Source: Phycisphaerales bacterium
GTDB taxonomy: Bacteria; Planctomycetota; Phycisphaerae; Phycisphaerales; UBA1924
DNA length: 64,000 nt
Reading direction: 5' to 3'
NCBI GenBank assembly: GCA_026982335.1
Contig: JALSHH010000044.1
Span: forward strand, 85 to 64,084
The translations under genes were made by a program, and so were the position numbers. Below, one piece after another: positions 9,703-19,510 of this stretch (position 1 is the first letter of the stretch; each line of letters opens with the position of its first letter). The notes below the pieces were generated by a model. It was not told the DNA's origin and did no database searches. It saw only the letters and a program-made list of their open reading frames with translations.

Positions 9703-10419
9703 TCAGGCTGCCTTGGCAACAGGCTTGCGGGTCCGTCCGACCGTCCGCTGATCTTCGGTGGCGCGGACGGTGGCCTCGTCGATCATGCGATCGACAAGCT
9801 CGAGGGGATGCGAAGCCCAAAGGTCTGCGCCGATTTCTTCCGCAAGTCCTTCAGCCCGGTTGAAGACGCCCCCGCCAACGACAATCTGGGTGTTTGGACA
9901 GGCACCGATCTCATGGAGTGTGTCGATGAGCACACGGATATCGGGCAGGTCTGCCGGCTCTGAGCAGAACATGAGCAACGCATCGGGTTTGGTTCGCTGG
10001 ACGATTTCTTGGATTTCGTCGATGGGTACTGCACCGCCTGCGAATCGAACATCAAACCCGGCCGCCTCGAGCAAATCGACCGCCATTTGTCCGCCCAGTT
10101 CCGAGCCTTCGGATGGACCACAGCAGGCGAAGACGGTGCGATTGACAGACTCAGCATCGGACGAAGCGAGGAGCTCGCTCGAACACTGGTCGACAAGCAC
10201 ACGCAAGAGCCGAGTCGAGAGGTTGTGGGCGAGTGTCGAGATGCTGTCTTCACGATGGAGTTTCTCGATCATCTCGTATGTTGGCCAGAAAAGATCCGTC
10301 AACATAATCTCTTGCGAGACGCCTGCGATGACCTGCTCTTCAACGATCAAACGGGCGTCGGCTCGATTCCCTGCGATGAGGGCTTCGAATAATCGTTCTG
10401 TCAGGATCTCTGTGCTCAT
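9703..10419 (-). CDS. Cobalamin (B12)-binding-domain protein (cap helices plus Rossmann-like domain)
   Basis: VFACCGPSEGSELGGQMAVDLLEAAGFDVRFAGGAVPIDEIQEIVQRTKPDALLMFCS...QIVVGGGVF matches the B12-binding domain layout. The start is taken at MSTEILTERLF (ATG 10419). Confidence 0.75.
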   Translation of the reverse strand: MSTEILTERLFEALIAGNRADARLIVEEQVIAGVSQEIMLTDLFWPTYEMIEKLHREDSISTLAHNLSTRLLRVLVDQCSSELLASSDAESVNRTVFACCGPSEGSELGGQMAVDLLEAAGFDVRFAGGAVPIDEIQEIVQRTKPDALLMFCSEPADLPDIRVLIDTLHEIGACPNTQIVVGGGVFNRAEGLAEEIGADLWASHPLELVDRMIDEATVRATEDQRTVGRTRKPVAKAA

Positions 10420-10695
10420 GATATGGACTCCGTGTTTTTCTCTACCCCGCACGAGAAGCGGGTCTTGCTGACTGGTGAACACACACGACGCGTGCTGGAG
10501 TATGAAGTATCGAATAGATGACAGAGACGACAAAAGGGCAGGGTGATGGAGAGCGCATGAGTTGCCGAACCCCAGGCCATGACGCTCAAAACACGGTTAT
10601 TCTCGGACATACTTGGTCTTACGCTCCAATAGAGTCCGAGAAGTGAGTCAATACTCACTTGAAGTTCATATGCTGTTTGTGGGGCATTCCACCCT

Positions 10696-11502
10696 TTACC
10701 CTTCGAGACCACCCCCTGATACCACGCCTCGGTAGAGGGTGCAAATGCCAAAGGTCATGGGTTTGGACCAAACATCATCAAACCCAGCATTGCCCATCAT
10801 CGCTTCCATCTCACTTTGAGACTTGAAGGAAGTGACGGATCGGGGAAGGTATTTGTAGGCTCCAGAGGTATCGCGTGCGATCCAAGTCGCAGTGCGAGGC
10901 ATGATCGAACCACAGTAAAAAGTATTGAACCACCGCATCAGTCCAAAAGATGGTTGGCCGAACTCCAAAATCATCAATCGGCCATCCGGACGCAACACAC
11001 GATGGAACTCGGCGATCGCTTTTTCAGGAACTTGCACATTACGGATCCCAAAGGCGATCGAGACGACATCAAACGAAGCATCCTCAAAGGGGAGTCCCTG
11101 AGCATCGGCTTGCTGATATTGGATGCGATCGGCAAGGTTGGGGTGGAGTTTGGCTCGCTTGTGCTCAGCGATTTCGAGCATCCCAGCAGTAAAATCAGAC
11201 CCGACAATCTGAGAAGCCTGCGTGTATTTGGCAAAGGCTTGGGTGAGATCGCCCGTGCCACAGGCGACATCGAGGACCCGTTCGCCGGGTTGGACCTTGG
11301 CTTCGATCACTGCTCGTTTTCGCCAAGCCTCATCGCGCCAGAGGGAGTGGATCCGGTTATTAAGATCATACGACCGGGCAATGGCGTTGAACATCGCCTG
11401 CACCTTGTCGTGCTTGTCCGCGTTGGTATGCAGGGAATCAAGCTCGGATTCGTCCCAGGCGGGAGATTGTGCCGATTCGGGTTGTTCTGTGATCTCAGGC
11501 AT
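10696..11502 (-). CDS. ubiE: Demethylmenaquinone/ubiquinone C-methyltransferase UbiE/MenG
   Basis: VQAMFNAIARSYDLNNRIHSLWRDEAWRKRA...VLDVACGTGDLT...FGIRNV are hallmark UbiE family motifs. Confidence 0.93.
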   Translation of the reverse strand: MPEITEQPESAQSPAWDESELDSLHTNADKHDKVQAMFNAIARSYDLNNRIHSLWRDEAWRKRAVIEAKVQPGERVLDVACGTGDLTQAFAKYTQASQIVGSDFTAGMLEIAEHKRAKLHPNLADRIQYQQADAQGLPFEDASFDVVSIAFGIRNVQVPEKAIAEFHRVLRPDGRLMILEFGQPSFGLMRWFNTFYCGSIMPRTATWIARDTSGAYKYLPRSVTSFKSQSEMEAMMGNAGFDDVWSKPMTFGICTLYRGVVSGGGLEG

Positions 11503-11545
11503 GGAACAATGATGGTAGACTCAGATTCATCGAAAGGGATTGGAA

Positions 11546-12505
11546 ATGCGGCTACAAGTACTGCTCAAAGTTGGTGTTCTTGCTCTGCTCGGATTGATGG
11601 TGCTCGGTGGAGTTGGATGCACAACCAACCCGGCAACGGGGAAAAAGTCGTTTACGCTCTATTCGTGGGAACAAGAAAAGAAGATGGGCGCATCGGCAGC
11701 TGCCGGTTTGGCCCAGCAATTTGGAGGCGAAGTCGATGCCGCCATCCCCTCGCAGTATGTCCGCGAAGTGGGCATGAAACTCGTCGCCGGGATCGAATCG
11801 GGTGTGCCCGATCTGGATTGGGAGTTCACGCTGCTCAATACCGAGGTCATCAACGCCTTTGCACTCCCTGGAGGCAAGGTATTCTTCACACGCGGATTGG
11901 CGGAGAAACTCGATTCAGAAGCTGAGATGGCTGGGGTGCTTGGACACGAGATCGGACATGTGACCGCTCGGCATGGAAACCAACGGATCAGTAAGCAAAT
12001 TGGATTCACCGCCATTATGACCGGCGTGGCGGTGGCCGTCGGGGCTTCGGATTCGGACTCAAACACACGCAAATATGGACAAGTCGCGGTGCCCGCCTTG
12101 GCCATTGGAGGCAATGTCGTCTTGCTCAAATATGGACGCAACGATGAATCCCAAGCCGACATGCTCGGAATGCGCTATATGGAACGGGCCGGGTACAACC
12201 CCGCCGGACAACTTCGCGTGATGGAAGTACTCGAAGCCGAATCCAAAGGGCCACGCCAACCCGAATGGCTTTCGACGCATCCGTATCCTGAATCACGGAT
12301 CAAAGCGATCCGTGGGTATCTCGATGAGCAATACGCCTACACCCAGAACAACCCGGCCTATGTCATGAATAAAGCGGCCTATGAACAGCGGATGTTGTTA
12401 CCCTTGCGAAATCTGCCCAAGCCTGTGAAAGATAAAGAGCCCGTTGCGTGGTTGGATGTGCCGATGCTTTGGTGTGGAGAATGTCGCGCATTGGCAATTC
12501 GGTAG
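11546..12505 (+). CDS. M48-family zinc metalloprotease lipoprotein
   Basis: Lipobox-like LGGVGC and an HEXXH motif in VLGHEIGHVTARH, with downstream ESQADMLG and the typical M48 arrangement. The ORF track starts at TTG 11540. Confidence 0.88.
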   Translation: MRLQVLLKVGVLALLGLMVLGGVGCTTNPATGKKSFTLYSWEQEKKMGASAAAGLAQQFGGEVDAAIPSQYVREVGMKLVAGIESGVPDLDWEFTLLNTEVINAFALPGGKVFFTRGLAEKLDSEAEMAGVLGHEIGHVTARHGNQRISKQIGFTAIMTGVAVAVGASDSDSNTRKYGQVAVPALAIGGNVVLLKYGRNDESQADMLGMRYMERAGYNPAGQLRVMEVLEAESKGPRQPEWLSTHPYPESRIKAIRGYLDEQYAYTQNNPAYVMNKAAYEQRMLLPLRNLPKPVKDKEPVAWLDVPMLWCGECRALAIR

Positions 12506-12560
12506 GCCATCAAGAAGAGCAACAAGACCACAGGCAAAACACCTATACCACCAAGAAAAC

Positions 12561-13652
12561 TCAGCCTGCCCAAAATCGGTTCCAGTTGGCGTGGGCAAAC
12601 CCGGCGATATCCGGATCACTCCACCCTTGCCCGGACAAGGCATTGGTAAGGATGGTGAGATCGGCTGGGGTATTAATCCCTTCAGGAAGCCCATCGGCTC
12701 CGAACCCGCCGTCCATATCCGAGCCGAGCCCAATATGGGATCGGGAGTTGGTCAACTCGCAGACATGCTCGATGTGGCGCATGCAATCCGTGATCTTGGC
12801 ACGTTCACCCTTCTTCATGCCCGGCGTGATGAAGTCGCCCAGCAAATTCAACCCGATCACCCCCCCACGACGCGCTATCTCGATGATGGTCTCATCGGCA
12901 AGGTGACGCTGATTTTCTTTGGAACCTGGATCACCCATCAACGCTCGGCTGTTCGAGTGCGAAGCGATGACGGGACGATCAGTCAGGGCGAGGAGTTCAT
13001 CGGTGGCTCGCTGGGAGAGATGAGAGAGATCGTGGACGATGTTGAGTTCGTCCATTCGTTTGGCCAGTTCAATGCCCAGATCAGTGAGCCCATTGCCCGA
13101 CTTCTTTGATGGTTGGGTATGATCCGTTCCATTTCCCCCCGCATACCGGGACTGGTGCCACCAGGCCATGCCGATGGCGACGACGCCGAGGTTGGCCCAC
13201 TGCTCGAGTTCGTCGGGGCTGGTGATGGGATCGGCGCATTCGACAAGGACACCAAGTTGTAAAGGGGCATCTGATTCAGTTCCTTTTTCGCCTCGTTTGG
13301 GCATCCTGGAGATCAAGCCTGCATCGAACCATGTGCGGTAGAGCAGGAGTTGGCGCATCCCCGCGCGATAGGCGGCGTCTGTGTCGCCAAAGGGATAGGT
13401 GAACGCGCCCGATTCAGCATCGGGTGAAGCAGGATCAATCGCTTCGGTGAAAATGGTGGCAAGGCATTGGGTGACTCGGCCTTCGATCAGCGAGGGCAAG
13501 GTGACCGCTGGGGGTTGGTAGCGCCCTCGACAATCGGTGAGGGGGGCGTGCATATCTCTGCCGTTTTCAGCGAGGTACGCGAGATCAAGATGGGCATCAA
13601 AAAAGTGCATTGGCAGGCTCATTTCATGGGTATGCAGATCGATCAGATGCAA
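12561..13652 (-). CDS. Membrane dipeptidase (peptidase family M19)
   Basis: FFDAHLDLAY near the N-terminus, VHDLSHLSQRATDELLALTDRPVIASHSNSRAL, and GLGSDMDG near the C-terminus. Confidence 0.85.
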   Translation of the reverse strand: MHLIDLHTHEMSLPMHFFDAHLDLAYLAENGRDMHAPLTDCRGRYQPPAVTLPSLIEGRVTQCLATIFTEAIDPASPDAESGAFTYPFGDTDAAYRAGMRQLLLYRTWFDAGLISRMPKRGEKGTESDAPLQLGVLVECADPITSPDELEQWANLGVVAIGMAWWHQSRYAGGNGTDHTQPSKKSGNGLTDLGIELAKRMDELNIVHDLSHLSQRATDELLALTDRPVIASHSNSRALMGDPGSKENQRHLADETIIEIARRGGVIGLNLLGDFITPGMKKGERAKITDCMRHIEHVCELTNSRSHIGLGSDMDGGFGADGLPEGINTPADLTILTNALSGQGWSDPDIAGFAHANWNRFWAG

Positions 13653-13778
13653 GATTGTATTCTTGAGCGCGAATAGATTGGGGATTGACTACGATCTTGT
13701 GTGAAACTTGACGAAGCGTTTTGCCAAATAAAAACGAATAACCAAGCAAACCCGCCACCCAACCCAGAGGGATAGACG

Positions 13779-14549
13779 ATGAGCACAATGAACACACTCC
13801 AACCCAAATCGAGCCGCGATGGTAATATTCTTGTCGGATGCCTGATCGCCTTGGGAGTCGCCATCATCCTCATCATTGTTTCAGTGATCTTCGTCATGAA
13901 CTCCTGGCGTGGGTGGGTCTCGGGAGGAATCAAGCAGGGACTCATCGCGGTGCTCGATGAAACGCCGGTCGAACAAGTCGAAAAGGATGAGATCAATGCC
14001 CATATCGAGATGCTGATGACGCGATTTGTCGAGAAGGATATATCAACTGAAGACCTCTTTCTGATTACCGCGGAGATCTTTGAGGGGTCTTTGCTTCCGA
14101 TGGGGATTGTGGAGGCTTCGTATGAAGGTTACTTCGCCCACTCCCAACTCGACGACGAAACCAAAGCCGATGCAAAAGTACAACTCGGGCGATTGGCACA
14201 CGGAATCTACACTGAGGATATCTCGATGGATGAGCTTCAGATCATCCTCGAACCGATCTCCATGCCCGCAGATGAAAACAATGGAGCGGTGCAAATCCAG
14301 GTCGGCTCCCAAAGTCTTGAACTCAAAGCCCCGGAAGATGTGACAAGCGAAGAGCTCATTGAAGTCATCGCCAATGTACGGGCTGCTGCCGATGAGGCTG
14401 AGGTGGGCGAGATCCCTCCAACGATTGATCTCTCGGATGAAGTGGGCAAGGCGATCGCCAAAGCACTCGGCGAAGACCCATCGCTATGGATCTCAAACGA
14501 TGACACAACGCATCCCAATCCAGATACCGACCCAGACGACGGCCCTTGA
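13779..14549 (+). CDS. Hypothetical membrane-anchored acidic protein
   Basis: 256-aa ORF with an N-terminal TM helix (ILVGCLIALGVAIILIIVSVIFV), an acidic remainder and host-like codon usage. No domain recognised. Confidence 0.6.
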   Translation: MSTMNTLQPKSSRDGNILVGCLIALGVAIILIIVSVIFVMNSWRGWVSGGIKQGLIAVLDETPVEQVEKDEINAHIEMLMTRFVEKDISTEDLFLITAEIFEGSLLPMGIVEASYEGYFAHSQLDDETKADAKVQLGRLAHGIYTEDISMDELQIILEPISMPADENNGAVQIQVGSQSLELKAPEDVTSEELIEVIANVRAAADEAEVGEIPPTIDLSDEVGKAIAKALGEDPSLWISNDDTTHPNPDTDPDDGP

Positions 14550-14602
14550 GTTTGCTCTGCCTATGGGTCGTGCCTGACGGTTCCGCTTCCCATCAGCCTT
14601 GG

Positions 14603-14944
14603 CTAGATCAGCGCGAGCAAGAAATCGGCTCCCCGCGCGAGCATGAGTGCGGCGAAAACTGAACCGGTGATGGTCAAAATCGGATGATCGAAGAGCATTG
14701 ATCTTGGATACTGCCGCTCGATGCGTTGCTTCTTGGCTTTGGCTGGTGCCAGTGGATCGGCATAGAGAAAGCACTTCATATCCATCATGAGCATTTCACG
14801 ATCGGTATATGGGCGCAGTTTCACTTCGGTGATGCCATGCTCGGTAGCCGTGTATTTGGCATCGTGATCGTTGCGGGCGCTAATACGGAGCGTGCGTGGC
14901 TTATGAGTTCGAATATCGTGTCCAGCAACTTCGTAAAATGGCAT
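14603..14944 (-). CDS. Hypothetical protein
   Basis: 113-aa ORF filling the gap between neighbouring genes, with a C-terminal hydrophobic helix. No domain recognised. Confidence 0.45.
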   Translation of the reverse strand: MPFYEVAGHDIRTHKPRTLRISARNDHDAKYTATEHGITEVKLRPYTDREMLMMDMKCFLYADPLAPAKAKKQRIERQYPRSMLFDHPILTITGSVFAALMLARGADFLLALI

Positions 14945-15054
14945 ACATGACCTCCGTATCGGTACAGAGAATGTAGCATATTTTTATCGGGCGTGCAGAA
15001 TCTCCACAACTCCCCAATTGCAGACAAATCAGTCTGATTCGCAATCCCTGCAGA

Positions 15055-15717
15055 TTAGGCGGAAACCACACCAACTGGCCCGCTTGTCATCAACTCCGCT
15101 TCGGTCTTCTCAATCACTTCTTCGACACTCACATCCGGGGCAAGTTCGGTAAGTCTGAACCGATTCTGAGCCGGATCCATCTCAAGAACACACAAATCCG
15201 TGATAATCATGTCGATGCACTGCTTGCCCGTTAAAGGCAGCGTGCACTCCTTGAGAATCTTCGGCTCGCCTTTGCGGTTGCAATGCTCCATCGTGACGAC
15301 GACCTTTTTCACGCCAGCGACGAGGTCCATCGCACCGCCCATGCCTTTGATCATCTTGCCGGGGATCATCCAGTTGGCGATGTCGCCTTCTTGGGAGACT
15401 TGCATCGCCCCGAGGATGCACATATCGATGTGCCCGCCTCGGATCATGGCGAAGGATTGTGAGGATGCAAACGAGGCCGCCCCTGTGCGTGCGGTGATGG
15501 TCTGTTTGCCCGCATTGATCAGATCAGGATCAATCGTATCTTCGGTCGGGAATGGGCCGATGCCGAGGAGTCCGTTCTCAGATTGAAGCCAGACATCCAT
15601 CCCATCGGGGATGTAGTTGGCGACAAGTGTCGGCATTCCGATCCCGAGATTGACGATGTAGCCGTCCTGCAGTTCTTGGGCTGCCCGTTTGGTGATTTCT
15701 TCGCGTGTCAGTGGCAT
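15055..15717 (-). CDS. scoB: 3-oxoacid CoA-transferase subunit B
   Basis: IVNLGIGMPT...SENG...SFAMIRGGHIDMCILGAMQV...GMGGAMDLV, including the catalytic-Glu region typical of family I CoA-transferase beta subunits. Confidence 0.93.
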   Translation of the reverse strand: MPLTREEITKRAAQELQDGYIVNLGIGMPTLVANYIPDGMDVWLQSENGLLGIGPFPTEDTIDPDLINAGKQTITARTGAASFASSQSFAMIRGGHIDMCILGAMQVSQEGDIANWMIPGKMIKGMGGAMDLVAGVKKVVVTMEHCNRKGEPKILKECTLPLTGKQCIDMIITDLCVLEMDPAQNRFRLTELAPDVSVEEVIEKTEAELMTSGPVGVVSA

Positions 15718-15762
15718 GGGGGATGATAGGAGTCCTAACGAGCCGTGACCGTGAGGAAGGGC

Positions 15763-15939
15763 TCAGCCGCAGCCACAATCCTTTGATTTGGATTTGATCT
15801 TTTTGTCCACCGGCTTCCCCCCCACCGTCAAGGTGGTCTTGGTGCCCTTTTTCTTGGGCATCAGTACCATTTTGAGCAACCAGATCGACGCGATCATCAC
15901 GATCGTCACCACCCAAAACTGCCAGTCGCAGGTCGGCAT
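15763..15939 (-). CDS. FeoB-associated Cys-rich small membrane protein
   Basis: 58 codons starting 2 nt after the feoB stop. One TM helix (FWVVTIVMIASIWLL), a Lys-rich tail and the C-terminal KDCGCG typical of this family. Confidence 0.7.
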   Translation of the reverse strand: MPTCDWQFWVVTIVMIASIWLLKMVLMPKKKGTKTTLTVGGKPVDKKIKSKSKDCGCG

Positions 15940-15941
15940 GA

Positions 15942-17933
15942 TTACGACCCTCCCGCTGCGATAATGAACTGATAGGCAGCCAACGCGCTGGTGTAGGCGA
16001 GCAAGGACATCCAACCGAGTTGGAGCGTCGCCCATTTCCACCCGCCTGCTTCCTTGGCCGTCACGACCAAGGTCGGCAAGCACAGCGACGCGAGGACATA
16101 GAAGAACAAGAGCGACCAACTCGTGGCATAGGTGAAGATGCGTGAGCCGTCGTCGTTGGTCGCATTGGCGATGGATTCGAGCACAGTGTCGTCCTCGACA
16201 TCATCCGATCCTGCAACTTGAACCGCCATCGTCGAGACGAACACTTCTCGTGCTGCGAACGAGGCGAGCACGCCGACGGTAAGTTGGCGGTCATAGCCCA
16301 AAGGCGCAAACATGGGCTGGAAAGTTCCTCCGATGCGTCCGAGGAACGAATTGGCTGCCGCATTTCGGGTATCGAGCGAATCCGCCTGAGCGAGCAATGT
16401 TTCAGCTTGTTCTGGATCAACCAGCGCCTCGGCCTGAGCGCGAAGTTCAATCGCCGCATCGGTCGGCCCACTATGTGGATACGCGCCGAGCCACCACAGA
16501 ACAATCGAAATTGCCAAAATCAGTGTGCCGGCCTTCTTGAGAAACACCATGCCACGATCGAAAGTCAGCAGCAATGCCGATTTGAGATCAGGAAGCCTAT
16601 AGCTCGGCAGTTCAAGGGCCATCGGACGAGACTTGCCACGCAAAATCGTTCGTCGAAACAAGAGCGAAGTGAACAACCCCGCAAAGATACCCAACGCATA
16701 GCACATCGTAAAAGCCAACGCCTGATACAGCGGACGATACGGAAACAGGATCGTTGTGAGCAAGACATAGACCGGAATCCGCGCAGTGCAACTCATAAAC
16801 GGTGCGACCAAGATCGTCGCAAGCCGATCGCGTTTGTCGGGAATCGCCCGGGCAGCCATAATCCCTGGAATAGCACAAGCATGACTTGAAAGCAAAGGCA
16901 CAAAGGCGTGCCCGGACAAACCAAATGGTCGCAGTGCACGGTCAATCACAAAAGCAGCCCGCGCGAGATAACCCGAACCTTCGAGCAAAGCCAGTAAGAA
17001 AAACAGTAAGCAAATCTGAGGCAGGAAAATCACCGTCCCCCCCACACCCGCGATTACGCCATCAACCATCAGGTCATGAATCGCCCCCGGAGGAATCAAT
17101 GACCCAGCCCAACTCCCCACTGCTCCGAACCAGAGATCAATCCAATCCATTGGATACGACGCGAGCTTGAAGATCATCCAGAACAATCCGGTCATAATCG
17201 CTACGAAGGACAACATGCCCAGAACCGGATGGGTGAAAGCGCGATCAAGCCGATCGGTAAGCGTATCGTCGGCGAGATGCTCAGTGGGCATCGAGACGAG
17301 TGCGTAGACATCTTCTGACCACCGCTCGATGCCGGATTGATCGGTAGGCGCAGAGCGATCAGGGATTTTGGCATGAGAGAGTGCCGCGGTGAGTTCATCG
17401 ACCCCCTCGCCGGTGCGGGCGCTGCAGAGGACGACAGAGCACCCTAGGCACTCAGCAAATTTGGCCGCGTCGATGTAAATGCCTCGGCGTCGGGCTGCGT
17501 CGATCATATTAACAGCAACAACGGTGGGCAGGCGTTTGGCGATGGATTCGCCGACGATCGTGAGGTTGCGCATCAAATTGGTCGCGTCGATCACGACCAA
17601 CAACGCATCAGGCGTGTGCGCCTCTTCACCAACGGGCGCAGCGGTGCCTGCAAGGACATCGGCGCAGATTTTGGATTCGGAGAGATCAAGATCAAGCGAA
17701 TAGATGCCCGGGAGGTCGATCAGGATGGACTCGATGGGATCGTCAGGCGAGGCGTTGAGTTCGACATGAGCGACGCGAGCTTCTTGGGTCGTACCTGGAA
17801 AGTTCGAGGTCTTGGCACGAATGCCTGCGATGCGGTTGAAGAGGGTGGTCTTACCGACATTGGGATTGCCCAAGACCGCAATGGTGCGCCGGGTAGAAGC
17901 CGTCTGTGAATCAGAAGAGGTGGTGGGCATCAA
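15942..17933 (-). CDS. feoB: Ferrous iron transporter FeoB
   Basis: An N-terminal G-domain (LGNPNVGKTTLFN, DLPG) is followed by a polytopic membrane domain of the expected length (663 aa). Confidence 0.96.
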   Translation of the reverse strand: MMPTTSSDSQTASTRRTIAVLGNPNVGKTTLFNRIAGIRAKTSNFPGTTQEARVAHVELNASPDDPIESILIDLPGIYSLDLDLSESKICADVLAGTAAPVGEEAHTPDALLVVIDATNLMRNLTIVGESIAKRLPTVVAVNMIDAARRRGIYIDAAKFAECLGCSVVLCSARTGEGVDELTAALSHAKIPDRSAPTDQSGIERWSEDVYALVSMPTEHLADDTLTDRLDRAFTHPVLGMLSFVAIMTGLFWMIFKLASYPMDWIDLWFGAVGSWAGSLIPPGAIHDLMVDGVIAGVGGTVIFLPQICLLFFLLALLEGSGYLARAAFVIDRALRPFGLSGHAFVPLLSSHACAIPGIMAARAIPDKRDRLATILVAPFMSCTARIPVYVLLTTILFPYRPLYQALAFTMCYALGIFAGLFTSLLFRRTILRGKSRPMALELPSYRLPDLKSALLLTFDRGMVFLKKAGTLILAISIVLWWLGAYPHSGPTDAAIELRAQAEALVDPEQAETLLAQADSLDTRNAAANSFLGRIGGTFQPMFAPLGYDRQLTVGVLASFAAREVFVSTMAVQVAGSDDVEDDTVLESIANATNDDGSRIFTYATSWSLLFFYVLASLCLPTLVVTAKEAGGWKWATLQLGWMSLLAYTSALAAYQFIIAAGGS

Positions 17934-17970
17934 GACGATCTATCTCTTACAGTCTACATCTTACAAATTG

Positions 17971-18270
17971 TTACTCATCGATGTGGATCATCACGCGAGA
18001 GGCGATGTCTTTGGCCAATCCGATTCGGCACCCGCCGCCACAGCCACCTGTGAGCGAAATGATGCAGGGTTCACCAAGCCGACACATCTGAATCGAAGCG
18101 TCCGGGCGAAGCCCCATCGCCCGAAGCATCGAGCAATCTTCCGAAGCAGCATCAGTGCAGTCAATCCGTCCACGCTGACCACGCGAAAGCTGCGTCAAAG
18201 GCACCGCCTTGCGGCTGGCTTTGGGCATTGATGCGTTATGGATTGGCATGGTGGTCACGATGAGCTCCAA
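17971..18270 (-). CDS. feoA: FeoA-domain protein
   Basis: VPLTQLSRGQRGRI...LRAMGLRPDASIQM...IGLAKDIASRVMI is a FeoA SH3-like domain, located immediately upstream of feoB. The start codon is uncertain, with Met at 18270, 18249 or 18228. Confidence 0.85.
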   Translation of the reverse strand: MELIVTTMPIHNASMPKASRKAVPLTQLSRGQRGRIDCTDAASEDCSMLRAMGLRPDASIQMCRLGEPCIISLTGGCGGGCRIGLAKDIASRVMIHIDE

Positions 18271-18351
18271 ATAGCGGACATCAGGGTACGAAGATCATAC
18301 TTCCATTGAGACCGATTCGCAACACCGATGCCTAAGAATCTTCCATTCGGG

Positions 18352-18603
18352 CTATTTCGCCCGTTTCTCCGCTGTTTTCGGACGCTTGAGCAACCAACCC
18401 ACGGTGAAACCAATGAGTGAGAAGATCAAAAAGAGGATTGCTGCGGGAAGCTCAGCCTTCCAGAAGAAAATATCAATCGGCATCGAATCCCAGTTCTGGA
18501 AGATCAGGATCAAGAAAATCACCCCGGCGATCATTGAAACGATGAACTTGGGACGAGTATACATCGGCTTCTTGTTCTTGATTGGCTCTGGTATGTCGGT
18601 CAT
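18352..18603 (-). CDS. LapA-domain (DUF1049) small inner-membrane protein
   Basis: 83 aa with two TM helices, reading ...[42 protein letters not shown]. It overlaps the scoA stop by 4 nt. Confidence 0.7.
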   Translation of the reverse strand: MTDIPEPIKNKKPMYTRPKFIVSMIAGVIFLILIFQNWDSMPIDIFFWKAELPAAILFLIFSLIGFTVGWLLKRPKTAEKRAK

Positions 18604-19331
18604 GATGCGCTCACTGTTCGTTGCTCGATCCGCTTCTCGCTCACCGTCTGCACCACCCGATCCACATAGTTGCCCGGCGTATGCACATCATCAGGGTCAA
18701 TCGAACCCGCAGGCACGATCTCATCAACCTCGGCGATGACAAACTTGGCTGCCGTCGCCATGTCGGGGTTGAAGTTGCGGGCGGTGCGGTGGTAGACCAG
18801 ATTTCCAAACTCGTCCGCCTTGGCCGCCTTGACCAATGCGAGATCGCCGAAGAGCCCGGATTCCATAACGAACTCTTTTTCGTAGCCACCATTGGGCACA
18901 GCGAAAGTACGGGTCTCTTTACCATCGGCAACGATCGTGCCCACACCCGTCGCGGTATAAAACGCCGGAATGCCCGCGCCCCCCGCGCGGACGCGCTCGG
19001 CCAGTGTACCCTGAGGATTGAACTCGACTTCGAGCTCATCATTGAGGTACTGGCGGGCGAACTCGTCGTTCTCGCCGACATAGCTCGAAATCATTTTCTT
19101 GATCTGCTTGGTCGCCAGCAAAAGCCCGAGTCCCCAGTCATCAACACCGGCATTGTTCGAGACGCAGGTGATGTCCTTCACGCCGGTATCGCGCAAAGCG
19201 ATGATAAGGTGTTCGGGGATGCCACAGAGTCCAAATCCGCCGACCATGCACATCATGTTGTCTTTGAGGATGCCCATCCCGGCGAGGCCTTTGAAGCAGT
19301 CGGCGGGGGTTGGACAGACTTTGGATGCCAT
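18600..19331 (-). CDS. scoA: 3-oxoacid CoA-transferase subunit A
   Basis: [14 protein letters not shown]...VSNNAG...SYVGEN...[24 protein letters not shown]. The start is taken at MASKV (ATG 19331). Confidence 0.93.
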   Translation of the reverse strand: MASKVCPTPADCFKGLAGMGILKDNMMCMVGGFGLCGIPEHLIIALRDTGVKDITCVSNNAGVDDWGLGLLLATKQIKKMISSYVGENDEFARQYLNDELEVEFNPQGTLAERVRAGGAGIPAFYTATGVGTIVADGKETRTFAVPNGGYEKEFVMESGLFGDLALVKAAKADEFGNLVYHRTARNFNPDMATAAKFVIAEVDEIVPAGSIDPDDVHTPGNYVDRVVQTVSEKRIEQRTVSAS

Positions 19332-19417
19332 GGGTGTGCCTTTCGGAAGGGGATGCGATATACGGGAATGATATGCAATGGTGTTGCGGAAGACCAAATC
19401 CACAGAACAGGGCATTC

Positions 19418-19497
19418 AACGAGCCGCGACCGTAAGGGAGCGGTCTTTTCTGTCGCTCAAGAAAAGCAAGACCGCTCCCATACGGTCGCGGCTCGTT
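19418..19497. repeat. 80-bp palindromic REP/MITE-like element (intact copy)
   Basis: Left arm is AACGAGCCGCGACCGTAAGGGAGCGGTCTT (19418-19447) and right arm is AAGACCGCTCCCATACGGTCGCGGCTCGTT (19468-19497). The arms are 29 of 30 complementary, and the inner CTTTTC/GAAAAG extends the stem. The left arm recurs 29/30 inside valS at 42509-42538. Confidence 0.9.
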
Positions 19498-19510
19498 CAG
19501 AACAACTTCT

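Noticed and set aside
10420-10695. Possible cobalamin riboswitch upstream of the B12-binding-domain gene
   Set aside because: I read the minus strand and found only short hairpins (for example AAGTGAGT..ACTCACTT). I found no B12-box-like core (GCCACTG / AGGGAA-GGTG arrangement). A covariance-model scan would be needed to be sure.
10816-11925. 369-aa plus-strand ORF
   Set aside because: It is antisense to ubiE and runs into the M48 gene start. It has no motifs and an odd composition, so it is a shadow ORF.
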